Positions 13,701 to 25,167 of a DNA stretch of 64,000 nt are shown here, in pieces. The DNA comes from Octopus bimaculoides. Lineage: Eukaryota. The notes beneath the pieces were generated by a model. It was not told the origin of the DNA. It saw nothing but the letters and a program-made list of their open reading frames with translations, and ran no database searches. Position 1 is the first letter of the stretch, and every line of letters starts with the position of its first letter. The translations under genes were made by a program, and so were the position numbers. Location of the stretch: NCBI RefSeq assembly GCF_001194135.2, contig NC_068990.1, positions 93,004,958 to 93,068,957 on the forward strand, read 5' to 3'.

Positions 13701-14265
13701 TTTCATTTTCTAGGAAAACACTCGTTCCTTAATAATTTCATTTTCTAGAGGAACACACATGTTTGCGAAGGAAAATACTTTCTTCATTTTTATTTTCATA
13801 GAGTAACAGAGAGCAACACAGCGAGGAAGGTATTCTGGTTTGTTAGCTTTCATTTTTTTTTGGTCTTTTTTTTGAAAAGAGACAAAAATAAATAAATAGA
13901 TAAAAGGTAAAAGGAAATATGAATTTCTGCAGATATTTCGCACTAGAAATATTCTGGTTCAGATTTAAACAATACCAACTACGATGAAATGGAAGGCTTA
14001 AAGCAACGAGAGAAAGAATAGAAATGAAATGATACAAGCAAAGGATGAGAACTTGACAAAGACAGGAAATAAGAGAAAGTTTAGAACAAAACTAACAGAA
14101 CTAATAGAAAATCCAACATGACTTGGTGCGAACGTTGAGGATACCTGCGATGTCAAAGTGAAAGACAGCAAATACGAAGAGAAAACTTGGACGGCGAACA
14201 ACAAGCTGATTACATACGACAACATCGAGAGTGAGAGAAAGAGAGGCAGAGACGGGGAAGAGAGG

Positions 14266-14304
<39 letters not shown>

Positions 14305-14310
14305 GAGACA

Positions 14311-14349
<39 letters not shown>

Positions 14350-14989
14350 GCAGTGAGAGGCAGAATAAGAGAGAGAGAGAGTGTGTGTATGCGTGTGATG
14401 AAATAACATGAACGAAGAACAGCGGGAAGAATCTGAAGAACTTCAAGAAAGGAATCAAGTGCAATGAGAAAACACGAAAGAAAAATAAATGTATTTAATT
14501 TGAGAAATGTTCAAACAAAAAGACGACTTGAGAGGCGATTTGGTGCTTTCTGTTGTGCAACAACAACAACAGAACGAAGAACTGTTTTTTCTCTTTAACC
14601 TGAATCTGTGGCAGAACTCATTATGATAAACATCTTGAACATAATCAAACAATTCTATAAAGATTATATAATTTTTACATCAAAATAAGTGTAAGAACAT
14701 TTTATGAAATGTGGAAATCTTCGGGGGTCCGACAAGTTGTCATAAAGCAGTGTTAAGACAGCGAAAATAGTGTCGCCAGAAAAAGAAAAAAAATGATGTG
14801 GCGAGTCAGCATTTAATGGAATTGTGCTAAGCGGGTCCTTTCTCTGCACGTGGGCATAAGCAAACACACTGCACACACACACACACACACACACGCACAC
14901 ATGGATAGATGTATGCATACTCACGTATACAAATTATGTGTGCGTGTGTATATGTGCGTGAATGTGTGTGCTTGTGTCTCCGTGTGGAC

Positions 14990-15036
<47 letters not shown>

Positions 15037-16620
15037 GAGAGAGAGAGAGATAGAGAGAGAGAGAAAGGAAGAGAGAGGGAAGGAGAGAAAGAGAGAAGAA
15101 AGATGGAGTGCCGTGTGTAACAAATAATGAAGTGAATGAGTCATTTTAACGAAAGTCAATAGGACAACTTAACCCTCTTCAGAATGGTCCATCTATAGAT
15201 TATATTTTTACATCGTTTTTCTATCTGTTCTGGCACCAAAATAGTTCCTGCTACGCCAACAGTACTTTTGCCAAAACACCACCCCTCACTCGACATTCTT
15301 ACGTCATAGCACACAATCAAATACGGAATTCTTTTGAGATCTGTCTTACTGTGTGTGTGTTTCTCTTTTTCTCCATGTAAAAGAGAGAGGGGTAATAGAT
15401 AGATGGATAGATAGATAAATAGATAAATAGAGGGTAAGAGAGAAAAAATGTGTATATGTAAATATGTACAGAGGCCTGTAGAAAAATGCGCCGATATTAA
15501 TAATAATGTTTGAGATGGAAGATAGAAGGCGATATATATTTTTGGGGAAGGGGTGTGGCCAATTTAAGAGATTCTCACTCCTTGACTGATACTTTGTAGA
15601 ATGAACTGGTGAAAAGTTTTTTTCATAAAGACGCCGTCTGTATGCAAAGTAAAAGTTAAGTGGATGCTAACATATTTAATGCCATTAGAAGAAAGTCTTT
15701 GTAAATAATTAAAAATAACCTGGTAATAAAGTAAGAAAATGACAAACAAAAACCTCATTAGTTTAACGAATACTTTTGATCAAGAAAAGTAAGGGGAGAC
15801 AACTCCTGAATTTAAATTAATAAAAATTAAATGGAATAAAGAAATGGCGAGAGGAATGAATCTGATGTTTTTTAAGTAAGGTGATATAATTCAGGACGTG
15901 TTTTGGTCATATTAGATCTCATCAACCAAACATACCGATCGATCCAGAACGATGAAAAGCAAAGTTGAAAAGATTTAAACTAGGGCGGTATAGAGACGCA
16001 GGCAAATTACTGGTCTTCCAGTTCTGCCATTCACTCCTCTATCATAATAATTGTTCCAAAGTTTGGTACAATGTTCGGAATTTTGGGGTGAGGGGATTAG
16101 CACTTGACTGGCAGTTTATTTTATCGACCCTGGAGGAATGAAAGTCAAAGTTGACTTCGACACACATCATGCATCACATCATGGTGGCTGATCTGGGCCT
16201 CTTCACGGCAGAAAAGGCAATCTATACAAAGTTTGTCGAAGACTCTACGCATCCATCAGCTTCATAGGCACCTGCAGTTGGTGTTGTTGAAACTATTTAC
16301 GAGAATATTCTTCATAGCATCATACGAGTCTCCAACAAAATCAATGTATTATGAATTAAGAGAAGATAAAGCACAGCTCTAAATATTGAGGTGAGATATT
16401 TCAAATCTGCAAACAGAGACCTGAAATAAAACACAGATGTAAACATAACGAAGTGACATTGCACGGCTGTCAGTATTACTGAAAAGCATTACACAGTTCC
16501 AAACAAGGAACGGAATTACACTTTTGTTAATAAAATAAGTCCTAAAGTACTGTCTCTCAGACATCTGCGCCTGTTGCCAAATCTTAAACTGCACGAAACT
16601 TCTGTTCAATTAATATTATT

Positions 16621-17972
16621 GTTTTGAAGGTGAAAAACTGGCATTGAGTACTCTTCTGTGCGAGAGGACTGCGTAGTCTCGTTTTAGAAAGATTTCCCGT
16701 CCAGAAAATTCTTCTTTGAACAATGGATGTGTTTTTTTAAAAATTTATTTTTGCGTTTTATTATGTGAATTTCTCCGGATTCTTTCTTCTTTCGATTTTC
16801 CTGCATGATGGCGGTAAAGTAAGAATTCGATGATATTGTTTATTACTGATTAACAGAATCGTCGGACAAAATGCTTATCGGCACTTCGTCTGTCCTTACG
16901 TTTTGCATTCAAGTTCCGCCGAGGTATACTTTGCCTCTCATCCTTTCAGGGTTGATAAAATAAGTACCAGTTAAACATTGGGATCCATGCAATCGACTAG
17001 ACCCCCCCCACCTTCTTCCAACAAAATTTCAAGCCTTTTGCCTATGGTAGACAGGATTATTATGACTGAATTAATTCTGAAATCGATTCTCAGTAATTGA
17101 TATCTTGTGTAAATATATATGAAAATGCATACTTCCTCCTTACCTGTATTCATTCGACATTGACAGGTGAAAGAACAAGACAGGAAGCAAAAGCCAGTCA
17201 GAACAGGTAAGAACTTCGTTCACAACTTACACCAACAACCATTATATTGTAACAGCAAATTTCATTCAAATTCATGCTATATTTTTATGGTTTTTTTTAT
17301 ACTGGTCTGACTGCTTTTTGTCAAAATTTTTAGTTTCTAACGGTATTGAGAGATTTGTATAGAGAAAACAGTTCCCAGCTTTAGTAAAATGGCATTACAT
17401 GATTGAAAACGTAGGCGAGAGATATTTCAAAATTGTAAATTGTGCAAAGTGATAATCCAAAACTGCAAATTTAAAAAAAAAAAATAATAATCTGTTGTAA
17501 ATTTAAAGGGAGATAATGAGCAATAATACAATCATTATTCAATGGTATCAGCCGGTGGTATCATTATGGAAAATTATTAGTTTCCTGTGGGAAATGTTAT
17601 AAACATTAAGGAGAACAATATTCCTCAGCTGTAAATATAAAGGAGAGGGATAAGACACAGACATAAACAAGAAAAAGTGACATTACATCTGTAAATATGA
17701 CAAGGATATAACATGTGTTAGCATGGATGAGGGATATTACACAACTGTAAACACGACGAAGTGATACGACACCATTACAAACATGGAAAACAGATGTTAC
17801 ATGGCACTGAACATGGTGGTGATGGTGGTGGTGGGGAGAATGGAGATCTTTGCTTTAATACAAATATCGTTTTGAAGGTGAAAAACTGGTATTGAGTACT
17901 TTTTGTGCGAGAGGACTCTGTAGTTTCGTTTTAGAATGATTTCCCTCCCAGAACATTCTTCTTTGAACAATG
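16621..17972 (+). repeat. About 105-bp direct duplication (16621-16725 and 17869-17972)
   Basis: The block gttttgaaggtgaaaaactgg...attcttctttgaacaatg occurs twice with scattered substitutions and one 1-nt indel. Confidence 0.9.
17167..17206 (+). CDS. Candidate 40-nt internal exon, product unknown
   Basis: Pyrimidine-rich acceptor ...cattgacag| and strong donor ACAG|gtaaga. Two frames are open (VKEQDRKQKPVRT or ERTRQEAKASQN). Confidence 0.35.
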
Positions 17973-17985
17973 AACGTGATATTAA

Positions 17986-18092
17986 CCTTAGCACGCTGTA
18001 GGTGCATCATGTCACCATATCAGTTTTCTCCCCTGTAGTAACAGGGCAGTGGGAGGGAAAGCAATTCTCGGGAAAATGCAGTGTGCTAAAGG
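17986..18092. mobile_element. MITE with TTAA target-site duplication (piggyBac/Kolobok-like)
   Basis: TTAA|cc-ttagcacgctg ... cagtgtgctaaagg|TTAA. Inverted termini, with TTAA at 17982-85 and 18093-96. Confidence 0.8.
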
Positions 18093-18809
18093 TTAAATGG
18101 CTGTAAGCATGGGAGGGGATGGATACATAGTTTTGAATATAGCAGTGTGATATTCCCCAATTTTGTACAACGATGACGAAGAGGTATTGTAATGTTCTAA
18201 GTATTTAGCAGGAACAGTATATATTTGTAAATATTTACAACAGATACTAGGGAGGCGTAACATTGAAAAGAAATATTACAATATTCTCAACATGGAAAAC
18301 AGATATTTGATTCTTCAGAACAACGAGAAGAGTTATAGCAACAAGGTTGTATAAATACTTGTACGTAATATTGTTGTGAAGGATTCACATTATTACGAGA
18401 GAGTATACAGTTGTATATAAGGATAAATATTGTTTAATTATAAACATGGAAAGATTTCGCTGCTCGTGACATGGAAACGATTGTGCGCGCGTAGGCGTTA
18501 TTGCACTCCTGCAAATATAGAGAAATGGCATTAAACGGTAACCGTATTAGATATAAAGAAAGAATCTTAAATTCTTTTAGACTCTTATTTGATTCAGTTA
18601 TTGGTATTGCGGCTATGCTGGAACATTGCCTTGTAGGATTAGTCGAAGAAACTGACTCCAGCCTGGCCTTATTTTCAGTATTTCCATCGGTCTCAGAGAG
18701 ATTTAGAAATGTATTGTTTCTAATTTTGAAATCAGTGAATGTATTTCACTAGAATTATTATATGTTTACAAGAGCTTGACAGGTATCTTCGACTAGCAGG
18801 TCATGCTAC

Positions 18810-18852
18810 TCCAGACTGATGACGAGCAAAGACTCAGAAACATGTCTCTGGA
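18810..18852 (+). ncRNA. Type I minimal hammerhead ribozyme motif with intact core
   Basis: UCCAGA-CUGAUGA-C-GAG(CAAAGA)CUC-A-GAAA-CAUG-UC-UCUGGA. Six-bp helix I, GUC cleavage triplet, palindromic helix III (ACAUGU). Confidence 0.8.
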
Positions 18853-19684
18853 TGCAGGCTTAGCTGGGTAGAAGTGCTTGTCTCCCCCTTGTAAACATAA
18901 GGACACAGGAAATGTGTCAAGGCCGACAGGAAGCGGTGCAGCTTCCTAGGTCTAACCAACAGTAGTATTATTCCCTTCATGGGACTGTCACATTAAGTTG
19001 ACAGCATACAACTACTGCAATAATAATGTTTAGCAGTTCAAAACTGAGTAGTGAAATGCAGAATTAGGTCGGCTGATCGTGAGAATCAAATATTGATCCC
19101 TTCGCTAAAAACTGCTGGGCTTACGAAGAATAAGTTCTGGGGTTGATTTGTTCGAGTAAAGGCGGTGCTCCAGCCTGGCCGCAGTCAAATGACTGAAACA
19201 AATAAAAGAATAAAAAACAATAAAAATACAGACTTTAACTGAATTCTTTATCGATTGTCACGTGAGTTTTACAGCATGTCTTCTTCGACCGTTCATGTTA
19301 TTTCGAACAGCAAACATAATCAACGAATTTTCTAATGGTTCTCAACTCTCTCTCTCTCTCCGTCTCTCTCTTTTTTCCTTTCTCTTTCTCTCATTAGCAT
19401 AAAGTCATGGTGAAAATATTTACCTTGCTCTCTATTCTACTTGACCTGGTTTTCTAGAAAATAATCCATTTGAAAATGCAGAAAGTCATATTTTCAATCG
19501 ACACTCGCACTAAGTTCATTGAGACATGGAAAACTATGGAAGCTCTCAATCAGATTATTAATCGTTTCTTTTATAGAGTTTTAACAATTCCAACAAAGTT
19601 CCAAACAATAGGCTTAAATATTTGTCAAGTTTCGAACTAAAAAAAAAACTTGTCTCTAAGGTCTTCTTCTTCTTTTTCTTCTTC

Positions 19685-19876
19685 TTCTCATTCCTAAGGT
19701 ATTTTTCGATATTATTATTATTATTATTATTCAGGTCACTGCTTGGAATCGAACTCGGAATCTTGGGGTTAGTAGCCCGCGCTCTTAACCACTATGCCAT
19801 CTGCCCGTGGGCAGATGGCGTAGTGGTTAACAACAAACAAGATGAGGACAAATATCCGTCGACTGTAAATAATGTA
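19685..19876. mobile_element. Head-to-head palindromic copy of tRNA-headed SINE family C, one arm collapsed
   Basis: 22-bp arms at 19785-19806 and 19809-19830 with one mismatch. The left arm is the reverse complement of the element at 29532-29650. The right arm jumps directly to that element's 3' tail. Confidence 0.85.
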
Positions 19877-20029
19877 CAAGGGATTAGTAATACTTCTGAT
19901 GCTCTCTCCTGACGGTAATTCCCCAGGCTAACAAAAATGATTTGTGATCGGTATTGTACTCCAAGTAATCCGAAATCAAAGTCCGTCACAAGCCAAATGT
20001 TTATATCCATGATTCCGTTACCAATTTGA

Positions 20030-20146
20030 GATTGTATGTTTTTACAGAATGAAAAAAAAAAAAAAAACCCCAGAAAAAACAACNNNNNNNNNNGATTGTA
20101 TGTTTTTACAGAATGAAAAAAAAAAAAAAAACCCCAGAAAAAACAA
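20030..20146. other. Identical 54-bp duplication across a 10-N gap, probably unmerged contig overlap
   Basis: gattgtatgtttttacagaatg...cagaaaaaacaac is repeated on both sides of N 20084-20093. Confidence 0.85.
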
Positions 20147-20659
20147 CAAAACGGAAGGCAGTTGCTTTGCCTCGGCTCTGGAGAAGATAGTCTAGGATGG
20201 TGGTTCTCTAGATTTCCAGTCGATCAATTGAACCATGAACACACCAAAAGGCACGTCTGAAATAGCTGTAAGCTTATAATAAATTGATAAATGTATAAAA
20301 CCCATTATTTCTGTCTATTTTATATATTATTCTTTAAAAAACGTGCCATCTTCACATGGTAACGGAACCATGGATTTACAAATTTGACTTGTGATAGACT
20401 TTGATTTCAGATTACCTGGATTACAATAAGAAGAAAATGTTTGAAGACGACAGTATCAGACGACAGTATCAGAAGGCAGGTGGCGGCTACCTGCACGGGC
20501 AGTCGAGCGTGTACCAACTGAATTCCTACCATTTTTTAGGTATAGAGTTAAGCATTCTATCATTATGGTTGTTGGATGTTCCGACACAACCACCTTGTCC
20601 TGTATAAATGCTTATATCATTTGTGTTGTTGTTGTTCTCCTTCTTAATAGCAATGCCAG

Positions 20660-21000
20660 GCTGTAGAGGACTTTGAAGATATGGGTTTTATTTCCAGTAA
20701 GATGGGGCACCCCCCACACTACCATAGTAACGTAAGGGTCTACCTTGATGCGATTTTGCCGAACGGATGGATTGGACGGAGACATGCAGTAGCGTCCACC
20801 GGAGCTCATAACATTGGATTTTTTAATAGGGGATACTTTAAATTTACAGTACAAAAACGGCAACAATCAATGAAGTGAGGACAACCATTGAACAAGAATT
20901 CACATAAGTATCGAACGAAATGTTTTTTGATGTTTACGAATCCATTGCTTCGCATTAGCAGCGACGTCTGCACCAGAATGGTCATGAGTTTGAAAACAGG
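20660..21000 (+). mobile_element. Tc1/mariner-superfamily transposase C-terminal remnant
   Basis: Frameshifted FQ*DGAPPHYHSNVRVYLDAILPNGWIGRR..PP..ITLDF, then NEVRTTIEQE...YESIAS...HQNGHEFENR. Confidence 0.85.
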
Positions 21001-21799
21001 AATTGAAAAAAAAAAAAAATTTAATTCTGTCTATATATTCTATAAAATTTTNNNNNNNNNNNNNNNNNNNNNNNNNNNNNNNNNNNNNNNNNNNNNNNNN
21101 NNNNNNNNNNNNNNNNNNNNNNNNNNNNNNNNNNNNNNNNNNNNNNNNNNNNNNNNNNNNNNNNNNNNNNNNNNNNNNNNNNNNNNNNNNNNNNNNNNNN
21201 NNNNNNNNNNNNNNNNNNNNNNNNNNNNNNNNNNNNNNNNNNNNNNNNNNNNNNNNNNNNNNNNNNNNNNNNNNNNNNNNNNNNNNNNNNNNNNNNNNNN
21301 NNNNNNNNNNNNNNNNNNNNNNNNNNNNNNNNNNNNNNNNNNNNNNNNNNNNNNNNNNNNNNNNNNNNNNNNNNNNNNNNNNNNNNNNNNNNNNNNNNNN
21401 NNNNNNNNNNNNNNNNNNNNNNNNNNNNNNNNNNNNNNNNNNNNNNNNNNNNNNNNNNNNNNNNNNNNNNNNNNNNNNNNNNNNNNNNNNNNNNNNNNNN
21501 NNNNNNNNNNNNNNNNNNNNNNNNNNNNNNNNNNNNNNNNNNNNNNNNNNNNNNNNNNNNNNNNNNNNATATATATATAAAGACATACGCACGAACACAT
21601 ATATATATAAGTATACACACACACACACACACACATACACACATATATGTGTGGGCTTAATGATGTCTATAGTCTAAAGTCCAAGTATTCGACAACAAAA
21701 GTTCAACACAGACCGTCAAACATAAACATTCGCCTTCACGCATAAAAACACGCCATCATTCCAGCCATGATAACACGGACAATTTGATGTACATGCAAT

Positions 21800-21847
21800 A
21801 TCGATCTATCTATCGATCTATCTATCGATCTATCTATCGATCTATCT
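21800..21847 (+). repeat. 12-bp tandem repeat (atcgatctatct) x4
   Basis: Direct reading of four consecutive units. Confidence 0.95.
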
Positions 21848-22075
21848 GTCTACACACACACACATGAGACACAGACGAGACAAAAAGTATACGAAATATG
21901 TGAACGCATGGATGATTGCAATCTTCCTCATACAGGAGAACCTCCAGCTTGGCCCAGTCAGGGAACCCTACGGATTCAAGATCACTCTCATCGTGAAGGG
22001 CATAGGAGCTCGGTCAACTGTTGTCTTCCAATCCGTAATTGCATGATTAAAATGACGATAATGATGAAGCTATTG

Positions 22076-22109
<34 letters not shown>

Positions 22110-22110
<1 letters not shown>

Positions 22111-22325
22111 CCTTTTTACTGGAGGCATAAGGCCTCATATTTGTGAGGAGGGGACTAGTCGATTACATCAACTCCAGTACGCAACTGGTAGTTAATTTAT
22201 CGACCCCGAAAGGAGGAACGGCAAAGTCGACCTCTGCAGAATTTGAACTCAGAACGTAGCGACAGACGAAATACCGCTAAGAATTTCGCCCGGCGCGCTA
22301 ACAATTCTGCCAGCTCACCGCCTTA
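22110..22325 (-). mobile_element. tRNA-derived SINE, family B
   Basis: Reverse complement of ggcggcgagctggcagaa..gttagc...gttctgagttcaaatt...gtcgactttgcc...ggggtcgataaa. Confidence 0.9.
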
Positions 22326-22326
22326 A

Positions 22327-22339
<13 letters not shown>

Positions 22340-22377
<38 letters not shown>

Positions 22378-22647
22378 GATGATGACGATGATGATGATGA
22401 TGATGATGATGATAGTAATAAATGTTTTAATTTTGGCACGAGGGCCTGAAATTTTGGAAGAATGGTAACGATTGTTTCTTACTTATGAAACTCTGTGATT
22501 TATTTTCCTAAGTTGAAAAGTCTGTAACTCATATTCAATGGATAAGGAACAGATTTTTCGTAAATGTCAGCCGGATACCCCACCACCAATAGCACCAACG
22601 CCACCCTCGCTTCCTCCGCCGCCAAAACGCCGACCACNNNNNNNNNN

Positions 22648-22679
<32 letters not shown>

Positions 22680-22937
22680 GATGATGACGATGATGATGAT
22701 GATGATGATGATGATAGTAATAAATGTTTTAATTTTGGCACGAGGGCCTGAAATTTTGGAAGAATGGTAACGATTGTTTCTTACTTATGAAACTCTGTGA
22801 TTTATTTTCCTAAGTTGAAAAGTCTGTAACTCATATTCAATGGATAAGGAACAGATTTTTCGTAAATGTCAGCCGGATACCCCACCACCAATAGCACCAA
22901 CGCCACCCTCGCTTCCTCCGCCGCCAAAACGCCGACC
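22340..22937. other. About 290-bp identical duplication across the 10-N gap at 22638-22647, probable assembly overlap artefact
   Basis: The unique sequence atgttttaattttggcacgagg...gccaaaacgccgaccac appears identical on each side of the gap. Confidence 0.85.
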
Positions 22938-23007
22938 ACCACCACCACCGCCATCACCGCCTTTGCGACAACTGCCACCGCCACCACCACCACCGTCGTC
23001 GTCGTCG

Positions 23008-23039
<32 letters not shown>

Positions 23040-23603
23040 GTCATCGTCTTCACAACAACAGTGGCAACGACATCAGCAACAATAACACCACTATGACGAC
23101 CACCACTAACAACAACAACAACAACAACTGCTACAAAGACGATGTTGACGTCATCAGTGATGGTCGCAAGTGATAAGATACATAAACATAGCAACAACGT
23201 GTCCTTAGTTACACAGCGTCTAGCTTCACACAGTAACGCCATCTGGTGTTGCAGACATATTATATATCTCACTGTTGACTACTGAAATGAACAGGACGGA
23301 CGGAACGGGGTGTGCATGTATGTGTGTGTGTGTATGCATGTGTGTATGTGTGTGTGTATGTATGTATGTGTGTATGTATGTATGTGTGTGTGTATGTGTG
23401 TGTGTGTATGTATGTATGTATGTATGNNNNNNNNNNTGTGTGTATGTATGTATGTATGTATGTGTATGTGCGTGTATGTCTGTGCATGTATGTATGTGTA
23501 TATGTGTGTATGTATGTGTGTGTATGTATATGTGCGTGTATGTATGCGTGTATGTATGCATGCATGCATCTATGTACGTATGTATGTACGTGTGTATGTA
23601 CGT

Positions 23604-23648
<45 letters not shown>

Positions 23649-23687
23649 TTCGTTTATTTAGGATGTGTTAATTTTTTTCCTTTGCAG

Positions 23688-23766
23688 AATTCAAGGCGGT
23701 CACCAAGTGACAAAGCGCCTTTGTTTAAGCCAAGACAGCTCTTGGGCTTTGGGGAGATGCGAATCA
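23688..23766 (+). CDS. Unrecognised gene, exon A (phase 0 to 1): NSRRSPSDKAPLFKPRQLLGFGEMRI
   Basis: Acceptor tttttttcctttgcag|, donor A|gtgtgt. Length 79 nt, and the phase fits exon B. Confidence 0.55.
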
Positions 23767-23876
23767 GTGTGTGTGTGTGTGTGTGTGTGGATATATTTCC
23801 TCTTGTGTAGTAGTTGTTGATGTCACTTTAATAAACGTGTGGGCTTTCTTGTTGTTTACGTTATTTCGATGCCCAG

Positions 23877-23999
23877 ATGGGGCGGTGCGATGTGTTCGCG
23901 AGGAAAACACTTCGTTTCACGTTGCTTTGCATTCACTTCAACATCTGACATGTGGCACTCCGTGCACCAATGACAAGCAATACCGATTTCATGGACCGA
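23877..23999 (+). CDS. Unrecognised gene, exon B (phase 1 to 1): GAVRCVREENTSFHVALHSLQHLTCGTPCTNDKQYRFHGP
   Basis: Acceptor ...gcccag|, donor A|gtgagt. Length 123 nt, open frame. Confidence 0.72.
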
Positions 24000-24375
24000 G
24001 TGAGTTGATGTGAAGCATAAACATTTGAACACTATATAAAGAAATCCTCAGAGCAGGTTGTTCAGCAACAAGTTGCGGCTCCCTCATCAGTCGTTTACGA
24101 CGACAGAGTACACCATGTGCGTAACACACATGTATATGTAATAGTATGCATGTGTTCTTCAAATGGAGAATTCCTAGAATATTTCACAAATTTTGTCTGA
24201 ACCACAAATTGATTTCATTTGGGGAACGGGAACTTCAATATTTCTAAGTTTTTATATAGATCTCTTGTTACGCACCTCAGTGTATTGTGACAAGAGGGCG
24301 TAACGAAAATCTATAGACTTGGATATTTGAGCCATAAGTTTCTCATCAGTTCCCCATAGATGCTCTTTTTCTCAG

Positions 24376-24466
24376 CTTTTGACGAGGCATTCACTTCCAC
24401 GAAACATCTCTACAACAAACTATTAAATTTGAAAAGTTCGGTTGTTGTTCCATACTCTTCCGACAG
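24376..24466 (+). CDS. Unrecognised gene, exon C (phase 1 to 2): FDEAFTSTKHLYNKLLNLKSSVVVPYSSD
   Basis: Acceptor ctctttttctcag|, donor AG|gttagt. Length 91 nt. Confidence 0.72.
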
Positions 24467-24752
24467 GTTAGTAAAAAGAACAATATCGTTGGTTGTTTCA
24501 TGCAAACATTTTGTTGTGCCTGTTCATCTTGTTAGATGATGAAGTTTCGTTATGATTGTTTGGTTAAACACATTTGTGGTCAACAGTAGAAGTGGAGTAT
24601 GTCTATATTTGGCTTTTGCTGTTTTTTTTAAATTTGTGGTGTGGGTGAACTCAGAACAGCGAAAATACAAACGATAGCATATCTATTCATTCTTAATATG
24701 CTCTTGAAAGGTTCGGCATCAGCAAATAATTTCTTTTCTGATTCCTTATAAG

Positions 24753-24937
24753 CAAGAACACGCGTTCTTTTAAGATTCATCTGTCTGACGAGATAGTTTT
24801 GACTGAGGAGATACTCAAAGAGGTCGAAACACCTCGGTGTGTCATAATCCCCACCCACCATAACAGTGAAGGGATTATGTGTGTTCATAACACACATAAC
24901 CTAAAGGTTTCCGTCGACGAAAAAATACAACGATCAG
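24753..24937 (+). CDS. Unrecognised gene, exon D (phase 2 to 1): KNTRSFKIHLSDEIVLTEEILKEVETPRCVIIP...VDEKIQRS
   Basis: Acceptor ttcttttctgattccttataag|, donor CAG|gtatgc. Length 185 nt. Confidence 0.72.
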
Positions 24938-25021
24938 GTATGCACGTTCGAATCTGCCAGAATGGTTTTAGAAAGAATAGAGAGGTTATTTTTATTTTTT
25001 TGTTATTTGTTTTTTATTTAG

Positions 25022-25167
25022 AGCTTTCAAATGTAGTGAATCCTAAGTTTAGTCATGTTCTGAATGGGAAAGAATTCTGGCAGAGCTTCCGACGGAAGAA
25101 GACACATCTTGCCCTTTTCGCTTCAATGTTTGGGGTTGGAGACGTGGATTCGGTATTTAGTACAGTG
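25022..25167 (+). CDS. Unrecognised gene, exon E (phase 1 to 0): LSNVVNPKFSHVLNGKEFWQSFRRKKTHLALFASMFGVGDVDSVFSTV
   Basis: Poly-T acceptor ttttttatttag|, donor GTG|gtgagg. Alternatively the frame runs on to TAG at 25180-82. Confidence 0.7.

Noticed and set aside
20411-20538. Exon-like ORF DYLDYNKKKMFEDD...YHFL with AG/GT ends
   Set aside because: It abuts a Tc1/mariner remnant, contains a local 13-bp duplication, and its phase does not join exon A.
22840-23260. Pro/Ser-, His- or Thr-rich ORFs in all three frames
   Set aside because: These are trinucleotide repeats with stops in each frame and no clear splice sites. The region may still hide an upstream exon, but this cannot be supported here.
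24628-24897. Protein-like minus-strand ORF (MCVMNTHNPF...), plus other minus-strand exon-like pieces at 24300-26400
   Set aside because: They lack usable donor sites and lie antisense to + strand exons that have canonical, phase-consistent splice sites.
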